Positions 17,778 to 26,770 of a stretch of 47,127 bases of DNA are shown here, piece after piece; position 1 is the first letter of the stretch; the number at the start of each line of letters is the position of its first letter. Source of the stretch: an uncultured Candidatus Saccharibacteria bacterium (GTDB lineage: Bacteria > Patescibacteriota > Minisyncoccia > Minisyncoccales > CG1-02-41-26). The notes beneath the pieces were generated by a model. That model saw only the letters and a list, made by a program, of their open reading frames with translations, was not told the DNA's origin and did no database searches. The stretch covers positions 1-47,127 of the forward strand of contig CAYQUV010000002.1 in NCBI GenBank assembly GCA_964421005.1, in the 5' to 3' direction. Made by a program: the position numbers and the translations under genes.

Positions 17778-18935
17778 TTATTTGGATTGCAATTCATTAA
17801 GAATATTCAGCCATTCATTTGCTTTTTCCCGTATATCAAACATTCCTTTTACTCTTTTAATGGCAACTTGGTTTGGCACTGTTCTATTGTTTAGGCTATC
17901 CAGAATTTTCTCTGCATATAACTCAGGATTCAATTCCATTATAGACATCCCGGCATCGGCTACGATTTCTTTAAGGGCTATGCCGTCCAAACCAGAATAA
18001 ATTATGTTATCGCCGCTAGCCATTGCTTCAACCACAGAAATACAGAAAGCTTCATTTGCCCTGGAGGGTTTGAAGTAAGTATGGGCTTTACTATAGGCCT
18101 TTTTTAACCGGTTACTGTCTAAAGTTTTTAGCAATACATTTCCCTTAAAAGGTTTTAATTGTTGATTGAGTTCCGGGTATAAAGAACCATAACCAGCAAT
18201 TATAAATTGGACCCGGTTATCCTTTCTGAGCACTTGTTGAACAATATCCGGAATAAGATCAATCCCTTTATCAATATGGAATCTCCCGCTATACATAACA
18301 ATTTTTTTACTCCCGCTGGCTGGTTCTGTCTGGTTCTTAGCCCGCTCATACTGCTCTGGATTAACTCCGGCATAAATCACCTCGGCATCTATATCCAATT
18401 TTGCCAAATAATTTTTAGTACATCTGCTTATAGCAATATGTTTTTCAAAAATATCTTTGTTTTCCTGAAGAAATTCAAACCCACTTATTTCATAACCATT
18501 TGACATTTTTCTTTTAACCGGAGTAGAACCGCAATAGTTTACTATAGGTATATCAATTTTTTGTTTCAACTTCCTTAAGGCAAATATTTCAGCAAACAAA
18601 GGAGTAAAAGCTAAAATTATATCCGGTTCACTTCTTTGTACAAAATCATACAATTTCGGGAAAATATTAGACAGTCCGTCTTCCTCATAAGAATTTATTT
18701 TTAGCTCTTCATAATGTTGCTCAGCACATTTAATATTAGTAATACTACTAACCACTCGGAGAGATTGATTAAAAGAATCTCTACCCTCCCAGTCGTCTAT
18801 TCCCAAAATAAAATAAGTTCCTTCTATGCCTTTCTTTTTGAATGCGGGAGTAAGGTCGCTCACAATTTTAAAGGGAGCAGTATAAGATATCTTATTGGTT
18901 GGCTCTGAGCTCCTCATAATATGAAGTATTTTCAC
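17778..18935 (-). CDS. Glycosyltransferase, GT-B fold (GT4 / 'group 1' type)
   Basis: 385 aa. C-terminal half has the EX7E-type region (PSRANEAFCISVVEAMASGDNIIYS) typical of GT4 enzymes. Confidence 0.75.
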   Translation of the reverse strand: MKILHIMRSSEPTNKISYTAPFKIVSDLTPAFKKKGIEGTYFILGIDDWEGRDSFNQSLRVVSSITNIKCAEQHYEELKINSYEEDGLSNIFPKLYDFVQRSEPDIILAFTPLFAEIFALRKLKQKIDIPIVNYCGSTPVKRKMSNGYEISGFEFLQENKDIFEKHIAISRCTKNYLAKLDIDAEVIYAGVNPEQYERAKNQTEPASGSKKIVMYSGRFHIDKGIDLIPDIVQQVLRKDNRVQFIIAGYGSLYPELNQQLKPFKGNVLLKTLDSNRLKKAYSKAHTYFKPSRANEAFCISVVEAMASGDNIIYSGLDGIALKEIVADAGMSIMELNPELYAEKILDSLNNRTVPNQVAIKRVKGMFDIREKANEWLNILNELQSK

Positions 18936-19072
18936 TTTTCTCTCTCCTTAATCTTATCTTTTAAGTCCATCCTTATTTAGCTTGAAAAGAACCAATCTAT
19001 AATTCTACTAAACTTTACAAATTTTTCAAATTTTCTTGATTTATCAAGTAGATTGGAATAAAATTAAAAGAT

Positions 19073-19795
19073 ATGTCAGGTCATTCTCATTGGAGTTCAA
19101 TTAAACATAAAAAATCAGCCGAAGACGAAAAAAGGGGGAAGATTTTTTCTAAACTCTCCCGGATGATTTCAATTGCAGCAAGAGAAGGTGGTAACCCGGA
19201 GATGAATTATAAATTGAGAAAAGCCCTGGAAGAAGCTAAAAATCTTAACATGCCCAAAGAAAATATTGAAAGGGCAATTAAAAGAGGAACAGGTGAATTA
19301 GGAGGAGAAAAACTTGAATTTGTCAGTTATGAAGCTTTTGGTCCAGGAGGAATCGCTCTTATTATTGAAGGAATAACAGATAACAAAAATAGAACTTTAG
19401 CTGAAATCAAACAAATTCTCAGGAAATACGAGGGTAAACTGGCTGAATCGGGATCTGTTAAATGGTTGTTTGAAAGAAAAGGGGTAATTTCCATACATAC
19501 CGATGACGAACCCAGAGAAAGTTTAGAATTAAAAGCAATTGAAGCTGGTGCTGAAGATATGGACTTCCGCGAAAAAGAAAATATCCTGGACATTTACACC
19601 AAGCCGGAAGAATTGGAAAAAGTAAAAAAGGAACTTGAAGAAAAGGGATTAAAAATAGATTCATCTTCTCTGGATTGGGTCTCCCGGGAACAAATTGAAA
19701 TTCCAACTGAAGAAAAAAAGAATATTGAGAAGCTTTTTGAAGAATTAAGTGAAAACGATGCAGTTCAAGATATATATTCCAACCTGAAAGTATAA
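19073..19795 (+). CDS. yebC: YebC/PmpR-family DNA-binding regulator
   Basis: 240 aa. Diagnostic N-terminus MSGHSHWSSIKHKK, then ..NMPKENIERAIKRG. Conserved yebC-ruvC adjacency. Confidence 0.95.
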   Translation: MSGHSHWSSIKHKKSAEDEKRGKIFSKLSRMISIAAREGGNPEMNYKLRKALEEAKNLNMPKENIERAIKRGTGELGGEKLEFVSYEAFGPGGIALIIEGITDNKNRTLAEIKQILRKYEGKLAESGSVKWLFERKGVISIHTDDEPRESLELKAIEAGAEDMDFREKENILDIYTKPEELEKVKKELEEKGLKIDSSSLDWVSREQIEIPTEEKKNIEKLFEELSENDAVQDIYSNLKV

Positions 19796-19859
19796 TTATT
19801 TTTTTAAAGTATAATTATTTTTCCGCCAAACAAATAACTAAAACCTAAATCTTAAAATT

Positions 19860-20351
19860 ATGATCATTATGGGAATAGACCCCGGAATAGCTAGAACAGG
19901 TTTTGGTGTGGTCAGTAAAAATTATCGCCCAAAATCTAAAAGTCAGAATAGGTTAAAATGTCTGGATTACGGGGTTATTCAGACCAACCTTCTTTTATCG
20001 CCGGAGCAAAGACTTAGAAGATTACACATTGAACTTTTTAAATTACTGAGAAAATATAAACCAAAAGTTCTGGCTGTTGAAAATCTTTATTTTTTTAAAA
20101 ATCTGAAAACTGCCATTCCGGTTAGTGAAGCCAAAGGAGTAATTTTGCTTGCCGCAGCTAAAAAGAATATAAAGGTTGTCCAACTTACTCCTCTAGAAGT
20201 TAAAATGGGGATTTGTGGTTATGGCAGAGCCGATAAAAGACAGATTCAGCGAATGATAAAAGAAAGTCTTGGATTAGAAGAATTACCTAAACCAGATGAT
20301 GCTGCCGATGCTCTGGCTATTGCTTTCTGTTATGCTATTAAAAACTGTTGA
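19860..20351 (+). CDS. ruvC: Holliday junction resolvase RuvC
   Basis: 163 aa. IMGIDPGIARTGFGVV, LAVENLYF, and C-terminal DDAADALAIA acidic catalytic motifs. Confidence 0.9.
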   Translation: MIIMGIDPGIARTGFGVVSKNYRPKSKSQNRLKCLDYGVIQTNLLLSPEQRLRRLHIELFKLLRKYKPKVLAVENLYFFKNLKTAIPVSEAKGVILLAAAKKNIKVVQLTPLEVKMGICGYGRADKRQIQRMIKESLGLEELPKPDDAADALAIAFCYAIKNC

Positions 20352-20366
20352 AAAAGCATTGAGGGG

Positions 20367-20394
20367 TTGACAAGGGTTTTCTCTCGGCTATAAT
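20367..20394 (+). promoter_or_regulatory. Near-consensus sigma70-type promoter
   Basis: TTGACA (20367..20372), 16-bp spacer, TATAAT (20389..20394), immediately after the ruvC stop. Confidence 0.55.
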
Positions 20395-20434
20395 TTCTCT
20401 TAATAATGAAAAAGGTCGGGAAATCGGAGATATT

Positions 20435-20480
20435 TTAGACAAAAACTTAGATAAAAATTCAGATAAAACTTAGATAAAAC
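20435..20480 (+). repeat. Four tandem 11-12-bp A-tract repeats (TTAGAYAAAAAY-like)
   Basis: ttagacaaaaac / ttagataaaaat / tcagataaaac / ttagataaaac, head to tail, ending 1 nt before the ATG at 20482. Confidence 0.85.
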
Positions 20481-20481
20481 T

Positions 20482-20598
20482 ATGAACTTTGACGAGAAAA
20501 CATTATCTTCAATTTTAAATCAAGACGAAGATTTTGAAGATGAAGATTGGGGTGAAGAAGAAGAGGAGGAGGAATTCGACGAAGAAGAGGAAGAATAA
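20482..20598 (+). CDS. Possible 38-aa hyper-acidic micro-protein (or the body of a small RNA)
   Basis: ATG..TAA encodes MNFDEKTLSSILNQDEDFEDEDWGEEEEEEEFDEEEEE. It lies between a consensus promoter and a strong terminator. No clear Shine-Dalgarno, so translation is uncertain. Confidence 0.35.
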   Translation: MNFDEKTLSSILNQDEDFEDEDWGEEEEEEEFDEEEEE

Positions 20599-20611
20599 TA
20601 GCAATAAAATT

Positions 20612-20641
20612 AAAACCCCACCTTCTAAAAGGTGGGGTTTT
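20612..20641 (+). terminator. Intrinsic terminator
   Basis: AAAACCCCACC (20612..20622), 8-nt loop, GGTGGGGTTTT (20631..20641). GC-rich stem with a T tail. Confidence 0.8.
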
Positions 20642-20683
20642 AAAATAGTATAAAATAAGATAATATCAAAAAAGAAAAGAATT

Positions 20684-22807
20684 ATGCCAAAAAGAAAATA
20701 TCGCCGGAAAATTTACAAAAGGAGAAAAAGGATGCCTTTAATCATACTCAAGGTATCGCTGACAACTATTTTAATTTCCCTTTTTTTAGGAGTAGGTCTT
20801 TTTATTTATTTTATCAAAGACCTGCCAAGGCCCGAAAAATTCACCGAAGGGGTTATTGCTCAATCAACAAAAATCTACGATAGAGACGGTCAAGTTATTC
20901 TTTATGAGATTTTTGGAGAAGAAAGAAGAACTATTGTTTCTCTGGATGAAATGCCCGAATTTTTAAAATGGGCTTTTATTTCAGCTGAAGATAAAAACTT
21001 TTTTAAACACAGAGGATTAGATTTCAAGGGAATATTTAGAGCATTTCTTTACGATTTAAAATTAGGAAAACCTGTCCAGGGAGGTTCAACAATAACACAA
21101 CAGTTAATAAGATGTTACTTTCTAACAAGACACAAAACTTTAAAGAGAAAAACTAGGGAAATGATTTTAACATTAGAACTTGAAAGGAGATATTCCAAAG
21201 AACAAATTCTTGAATGGTATTTGAACCTCATCCCTTTCGGAGGAAATCTCTATGGAGTTGAAGAAGCTTCCCAGAACTTCTTCGGGAAACATATATCCGA
21301 TATATCATTGGCTGAAGCGGCAATTTTGGCAAGTTTAGTAAAAGCCCCTTCTTACTTCTCCCCCTACGGGGATAATCTCCGGGAACTTCTGGAGAGAAAA
21401 GATTATATTCTTGAAAGAATGTTTAACCTAAATTACATTTCTCAAGAAGAATTTGAAAAAGCAAAAAAAGAAGAAGTTCTGTTTCGGCCAAATATTACAT
21501 CAATCGAGGCTCCTCATTTTGTACTTTTTGTTAAAGATTATTTAGAAAAAAAATATGGCAGGGATTTTCTGAACAGAAAAGGGCTAAAAGTTTATACAAC
21601 GTTGGATTTTGAAATTCAAAAAACAGCCGAAAGCGTTTTAAAAGAAGGGGTAGAAGCAATAAAAAACTACAATGCATACAACGGAGCCCTGGTAAGTATT
21701 AATCCGAAAACAGGAGAAATTTTAGCAATGGTTGGTTCAAAAAATTGGCACGCAACCTCCTCAGAAGGTTGCGACCCGGAAACTCTTAAATGTAAATTTG
21801 ACCCAAAAATGAATGCTGCTTTAGCTCTGCGTCAACCAGGCTCTGCCCTTAAACCTTTTGTTTACACTCAAGCATTCTTAGAAGGGCTAACTCCTCAAAC
21901 AGTAGTTTGGGATGTTAAAACGGAATTTAACATCAATTGTTCCCCTGACGCCGATGAGGAATTTGGAAAATATAATTCTGAATGTTATCATCCTAAAAAT
22001 TACGATAATAAGTTTTTGGGTTTGATAAATTTGAAATCTGCTCTGGCGCAATCTCGCAATCTGCCTTCAATCAAAGTTTTATATCTGGCCGGAACCAACA
22101 AAGTTTTGGAACTTCTGAAAGATTTTGGGATTACCACTTTAAAAGAAAAGGAAAGATACGGCCTCAGTTTGGTTTTAGGAGGAGGAGAAGTTCGGCTTAT
22201 TGAATTAGTTTCAGCATATGGTGTTTTTGCCCAAGATGGCCTAAAAACACCCTTGAAATTTATCATCAAAATAGAAGACTCAGAAGGAAACATTATTGAA
22301 AAACCTAATACCTCTCCAACCAGAATTTTACCCTCTTATCCTGTTAGAGAAATAAATGATATCCTCTCTGACAACCAAGCCCGTGCGCCAATGTTTGGTA
22401 TAAACTCTCCTTTGAATTTAAAAGATTATCAGGTAGCTGCTAAAACTGGCACTACTCAGGATTACAAAGATGCATGGATTATAGGTTATACACCAAACTT
22501 AGTAACCGGGGTTTGGGTTGGAAACAACGATAATTCTCCAATGATGAAAAAGCCGGCTGTTAGTTTAGCCGGCCCGATTTGGAAAAATTTTATGACCGAG
22601 GTTTTGAAAAATTTTCCTAAAGAAGAATTTACGCCTCCCCAAAAAAGATTAACCGGAATACATGTTATAGACGGAGAAATGCCGGAAAATCATTCTATTT
22701 TACACTATCTGAATAAAGAAGATCCCCAGTATTATTTTTGGGAAAAAGGAGTTATTAATTTTCTTAAAGAAAAAGGAATAAAAAAGGAACCAGAAATAGA
22801 TGATTAA
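20684..22807 (+). CDS. Bifunctional class A penicillin-binding protein (glycosyltransferase plus transpeptidase)
   Basis: 707 aa. N-terminal TM. GT51 motifs (ISAEDKNFFKHRG, GGSTITQQL, RKTREM). Transpeptidase SALKPF (SxxK), SRN, KTGTT. Confidence 0.9.
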   Translation: MPKRKYRRKIYKRRKRMPLIILKVSLTTILISLFLGVGLFIYFIKDLPRPEKFTEGVIAQSTKIYDRDGQVILYEIFGEERRTIVSLDEMPEFLKWAFISAEDKNFFKHRGLDFKGIFRAFLYDLKLGKPVQGGSTITQQLIRCYFLTRHKTLKRKTREMILTLELERRYSKEQILEWYLNLIPFGGNLYGVEEASQNFFGKHISDISLAEAAILASLVKAPSYFSPYGDNLRELLERKDYILERMFNLNYISQEEFEKAKKEEVLFRPNITSIEAPHFVLFVKDYLEKKYGRDFLNRKGLKVYTTLDFEIQKTAESVLKEGVEAIKNYNAYNGALVSINPKTGEILAMVGSKNWHATSSEGCDPETLKCKFDPKMNAALALRQPGSALKPFVYTQAFLEGLTPQTVVWDVKTEFNINCSPDADEEFGKYNSECYHPKNYDNKFLGLINLKSALAQSRNLPSIKVLYLAGTNKVLELLKDFGITTLKEKERYGLSLVLGGGEVRLIELVSAYGVFAQDGLKTPLKFIIKIEDSEGNIIEKPNTSPTRILPSYPVREINDILSDNQARAPMFGINSPLNLKDYQVAAKTGTTQDYKDAWIIGYTPNLVTGVWVGNNDNSPMMKKPAVSLAGPIWKNFMTEVLKNFPKEEFTPPQKRLTGIHVIDGEMPENHSILHYLNKEDPQYYFWEKGVINFLKEKGIKKEPEIDD

Positions 22808-22837
22808 TTATAAATAAATTAAAAACAAAAATAGAAA

Positions 22838-23971
22838 TCAACTTGTTTTTATCGGCATTAAAATATAAATATAACTATCATCGCCTACCGGACTTATTAC
22901 AGCCGGGCCTTCATTTTCGCTTAAACTAAAATTCACTTCTGAACTTTTGATATTATTTAAACCATCTATTAAAAATTTATAATTAAAAGAAACTTCTATT
23001 TCTTCGCTGATTTTTCCTTTTATTTTTATCGGCAAATAAGCCTCATTTTTTCCAGTTTCGGCACTTTCGGAAAATATCTTTAATTTATTCTCTTGACCTA
23101 AAACTATTAGTTTAACCTCTGAAATTTTCCCGCTAAAAAGTCCTGCTTTTTTTATTTGGGTTTCAAAACTATCTTTGTTTAAAACAAGTTCTACTGTGTA
23201 TTTTTTGGGAATAATCTCTTGATAATTTGGATAATTTCCCTCAATTAAACGACTAGAAAAATGTATTTCGGGATAGTCAATTTCCTGGCCCCGCCACTCA
23301 AATAATACTTGATTTGGAGTATAATAAATCTTTAAATTATTCAACCTTAAAGATAAGATATTCAATAATTCTCTTGCAGCAAATTGGGGCAAAATAAAAG
23401 AAAATTCCTTCTTTATTTTTTCAGGTAAATTAATAGTTTTTTCCGCTAATCGAAAACTATCCGTACCAACGATTTTTATCTGGTTTTTTTGGAAATTAAA
23501 ATACACCCCGGATATCTCTGGTCTTATCTGAGAAACCGAAGGAATGTTAATTACTTGTTCTATTCCTTGATTAAATTTTTGACCATCAATCTCAATAGAA
23601 TCTTCAGTAACAACTTTTGGTATTATTGGAAAATCTTCTAAATTAACTCCCTGAATTTGAGTTGTTTGATTTTTTGTTTTTAAAATTAAATTTTTACCCT
23701 CCGAACCTAATTTAATTTTATCTTCTTTAATAAACCCAATAACAGATTTTAAAAATACTGCCGGTACTGCTAATTTACCATGACCTTTAATTTTAGATAA
23801 AATCCACCAAATAATACTTGTTTCTAAATTTGTAGCACTCAATTTAAGAAAGTTTTTTTCTGTTTCAATTAAAACATTATTTAAAATAGGCAAACTTGCA
23901 TTTTTTCTGGTTAAATGTTCAATTACTGTTAAACTTTGATTTAATTTGTCTTTAAAAATTTCTAATTCCAT
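22838..23971 (-). CDS. dnaN: DNA polymerase III beta sliding clamp
   Basis: 377 aa, immediately downstream of dnaA. Three-domain length, LPILNNVLIE.. N-terminus, and typical ..GTDSFRLAE.. motif. Confidence 0.85.
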   Translation of the reverse strand: MELEIFKDKLNQSLTVIEHLTRKNASLPILNNVLIETEKNFLKLSATNLETSIIWWILSKIKGHGKLAVPAVFLKSVIGFIKEDKIKLGSEGKNLILKTKNQTTQIQGVNLEDFPIIPKVVTEDSIEIDGQKFNQGIEQVINIPSVSQIRPEISGVYFNFQKNQIKIVGTDSFRLAEKTINLPEKIKKEFSFILPQFAARELLNILSLRLNNLKIYYTPNQVLFEWRGQEIDYPEIHFSSRLIEGNYPNYQEIIPKKYTVELVLNKDSFETQIKKAGLFSGKISEVKLIVLGQENKLKIFSESAETGKNEAYLPIKIKGKISEEIEVSFNYKFLIDGLNNIKSSEVNFSLSENEGPAVISPVGDDSYIYILMPIKTS

Positions 23972-24215
23972 AATTTTAATAATAAATATTATATTTTATT
24001 TACTTATTATTATTATAACATTAAGTTTATAAATAATAAATTAAAGAAACATTGTTGTTTTAGAGATATAAATTAGTTTATTTTGGGGATAATTTGTTGA
24101 ATAATATGTTTAAAAATTTGTTTAAAGGTTTTTGATAAAATTTTATAATAATTGTAAAAAATTGTTTTTATTTTTATTTATTATTTTTATTAGATAATTT
24201 TTTATGTATTTATTT
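23972..24215. other. Extremely AT-rich dnaA-dnaN spacer: candidate oriC / DNA-unwinding region
   Basis: 244 bp with very few G/C. One DnaA-box-like 9-mer TGGGGATAA (24084..24092, reverse complement TTATCCCCA). Near-repeated A/T 14-16-mers TAAAAATTTGTTTA (24111..24124) and TAAAAAATTGTTTTTA (24155..24170). Confidence 0.4.
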
Positions 24216-25592
24216 TTATTTTTCCCCACTTAATCCACTACTATATAATCTTTGACGGATTAAATTTATTTCCGATAGTAAAGCGTCATCTTCTTCGATT
24301 TCTTTTTCTATTTTTTCACAAGCGTAAATAGCGGTGGTGTGATCTTTTCCTCCTAACTTTCTACCTATTGAAGGATACGACTCGTTTAACTCTTCTCTTA
24401 AAAGATACATTGCTATCTGTCTTGGTTTAACAATTTCTTTTCTTCTTGTTGTCATAAGTAATTCTTTTTCTTTTAAGTCATAAAATTCGGTTATAGCCTG
24501 AATTATTTTTTTAAAACTGGTTTTCTTTTTGGGACGGACCATTAGATTTCCTAAAAGTTTTTTTGTTGTTTCTATATTTGGAGATTTATTATTGATTTTT
24601 TTGAAAAATAATAATTTATTTAAAGCCCCTTCTAATTCTCTGATATTATTTTTAATATGAGAAGCAATATATTCTAGAATCTCGGAATCTAACTTAATAT
24701 TTCTTTCACTGCATTTTGCCTTTAAAATTGCTATTCTGGTTTCAAAATCCGGAATACCTATATCGGCTATCATTCCTCCTTCAAATCTTGATCTTAATCT
24801 TTCTTCTAATGATGGAATGGCTTTCGGAGATCTGTCTGAAGAAAGAATTATTTGCTTTTGAGATTGATGAAAAAGATTAAAAATATGAAAAAATTCTTCC
24901 TGGGATTTTTCTTTGCCTCCAAAAAATTGAACGTCGTCCATAATTATAATATCAATATCTTTGACATTTTTTTTAAAACTAGCTATTTTATGGTTTTTAA
25001 TAGATTCAACTACTCCAGAGACAAATCGTTCACAGGGAATATATTTTACTGTTTTTTCAGGAAATAATTCTCTTATTCTATTACCAATTGCTTGTAAGAG
25101 ATGAGTTTTTCCTAAACCCACCCCTCCGTAAATAAATAAAGGGTTATAAATTGATCCTGGGTTTTCAGAAATAGCCCAAGCAGCAGCTTGAGCCAATTCG
25201 TTAAATCTGCCGACAATAAAATTTTCAAAAGTATAACGAGGATTGAGATTAGTTTTTTGATCAATTACTAACTCTTGGAAAGGAAGTTGAGGGGATATTG
25301 TTTTTTCTTCTAATATTTTTGCTTTATTATTGATAGGATAATTTTTTTCTGACGCGACAAGAAATTCAATAGATTTGATTTCCGAGTCCAGGCTTCTTAA
25401 AATTTTTAATATTAAAGAAGAATATTTATTGGCAAGCCATTCTTTTGAAAAAGAATTTTCAACTTGGATAATAATTTTGCCATTTTCTTTTGAAGAAATT
25501 CTTGTATTCCGGAACCAGGTAGCGAAGTTAGCTCGGGAAACAGAAAATTGGATTTGGGCCAGAACCGTTTGCCAGAGTTCTTCGTTATTCAT
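24216..25592 (-). CDS. dnaA: Chromosomal replication initiator DnaA
   Basis: 458 aa. YTFENFIVG, Walker A GGVGLGKTHLL, Walker B IIIMDDVQF, SDRSP, and C-terminal DNA-binding GGKDHTTAIYA. Confidence 0.95.
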   Translation of the reverse strand: MNNEELWQTVLAQIQFSVSRANFATWFRNTRISSKENGKIIIQVENSFSKEWLANKYSSLILKILRSLDSEIKSIEFLVASEKNYPINNKAKILEEKTISPQLPFQELVIDQKTNLNPRYTFENFIVGRFNELAQAAAWAISENPGSIYNPLFIYGGVGLGKTHLLQAIGNRIRELFPEKTVKYIPCERFVSGVVESIKNHKIASFKKNVKDIDIIIMDDVQFFGGKEKSQEEFFHIFNLFHQSQKQIILSSDRSPKAIPSLEERLRSRFEGGMIADIGIPDFETRIAILKAKCSERNIKLDSEILEYIASHIKNNIRELEGALNKLLFFKKINNKSPNIETTKKLLGNLMVRPKKKTSFKKIIQAITEFYDLKEKELLMTTRRKEIVKPRQIAMYLLREELNESYPSIGRKLGGKDHTTAIYACEKIEKEIEEDDALLSEINLIRQRLYSSGLSGEK

Positions 25593-25856
25593 AGGTTTGA
25601 AATAAAAATTAAAATTTAAAATAAAAATTAAAGAATGGAGAATTAAAGACCGAAGTTAATATTTTTATTATCTCTTATTATCTCTCTCCTTAAAAATAAT
25701 GCAACCTTACCGAAAAATCAATAAAAAACTTTTCCTTGTTGAAAATATGGGGATAACCTGTCAAGAAATTTTGCTTTATAATTCTATAAATTTATCTGAA
25801 CCATTTTCAAACTATCACAAATTTTCTTTTCCATCAATTATTTTATCAATTTAGAG

Positions 25857-25885
25857 TTGACCAAATTTTAAATAAGGGTTATATT
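25857..25885 (+). promoter_or_regulatory. Candidate promoter of the rpmH-rnpA-yidD-yidC-jag operon
   Basis: TTGACC (25857..25862), 17-bp spacer, TATATT (25880..25885), about 60 bp upstream of the rpmH ATG. Confidence 0.4.
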
Positions 25886-25944
25886 GTAAAAAATAATATC
25901 AATAAAATAAAAAATAGAATTTTAACATAAACTTAATATAAAAA

Positions 25945-26079
25945 ATGAGTATTACTTATAAACCAAGAAGAAGAAAAAGGAAAAAAACTCACGGTTTTAG
26001 GAAAAGAGAAAAAACGAAAAGCGGTAAAAAAATTCTTTCCCGGCGAAGGCGCAAAAAAAGAAAGAAACTGACTGTTTAA
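25945..26079 (+). CDS. rpmH: 50S ribosomal protein L34 (absent from the ORF track because it is under 60 aa)
   Basis: My translation is [44 protein letters not shown]. It matches the L34 pattern (..THGFR.R..T..G..IL.RRR.KGRK.LTV). Canonical position divergent from dnaA and upstream of rnpA. Confidence 0.9.
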   Translation: MSITYKPRRRKRKKTHGFRKREKTKSGKKILSRRRRKKRKKLTV

Positions 26080-26131
26080 TTATTATTTAATACGAAATTT
26101 ATTCGCGAATGTTTGTGAACTTTATGATACT

Positions 26132-26497
26132 GTGTTACCTAAAGAAAATAGATTAAAAAAGAAAAAGGATTTTGAAAGAGTAATTAAAAAAGGAAAGTTT
26201 TTCAGAGATGATTTTCTGGTTTTAAAAAAAATAAAAAACGATTTGCCTTTAACCAGAGTAGGATTTATTGTTTCTCAGAAAGTTTCAAAAAAAGCGGTTC
26301 TAAGAAATAAAGTGAAAAGAAAACTCCGTGAAGTGGTTAGGGCAAGTTTGGGTAAAATTAAATCGGGATATGATGTTATTTTTTTTACCAGAAAAGGTAT
26401 AGAAGAAAAAGAATTTGCGGAATTAAAAAATTCAGTTGAAGGACTTCTTAAAAAAGCAAGATTACTACAGGATTCTTGCCGAAAGCAAGATTATTGA
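26132..26497 (+). CDS. rnpA: RNase P protein component
   Basis: 121 aa, basic, with LKKKKDFERV.. and the RNR-like motif (AVLRNKVKRKLRE). GTG start. Follows rpmH. Confidence 0.9.
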   Translation: MLPKENRLKKKKDFERVIKKGKFFRDDFLVLKKIKNDLPLTRVGFIVSQKVSKKAVLRNKVKRKLREVVRASLGKIKSGYDVIFFTRKGIEEKEFAELKNSVEGLLKKARLLQDSCRKQDY

Positions 26498-26533
26498 TTC
26501 TCTGGGGCCTGAGATTATTAAATACTCGATTAT

Positions 26534-26743
26534 ATGGTTAAAAAGATAATTTTAAAGACAATAAAAATCTATCAAAGGATTATTTCCCCTTGTTTTAGTA
26601 AAAACTGTAGATTCTATCCTTCTTGTTCTGAATATGCTTTGAGAGCGATAGAAAAATATGGAGTTCCAAAAGGATTGGTTTTATCTTTCTTGAGAGTTTT
26701 GAAATGTAACCCTTTTAACAAAGGAGGTGTGGATTTACCGTAA
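26534..26743 (+). CDS. yidD: Membrane protein insertion efficiency factor YidD
   Basis: 69 aa. YQRIISP....CRFYPSCSEYA..A....G...G..L...R.L.C.P signature. Confidence 0.9.
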   Translation: MVKKIILKTIKIYQRIISPCFSKNCRFYPSCSEYALRAIEKYGVPKGLVLSFLRVLKCNPFNKGGVDLP

Positions 26744-26770
26744 AATTTAAAATTTAAAGAAAACCAAACT

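Noticed and set aside
19035-19048. Palindrome CTTGAT-TT-ATCAAG upstream of yebC as a possible operator
   Set aside because: A 6-bp half-site palindrome in AT-rich DNA is expected by chance. There is no second copy or adjacent regulator to support a function.
20435-20480. Tandem 11-12-bp repeats considered as a CRISPR array or iteron set
   Set aside because: The units are far too short and directly abutting with no spacers, so this is not CRISPR. No rep or initiator gene is adjacent, so an iteron role is unsupported. They are kept only as a curved-DNA or leader repeat.
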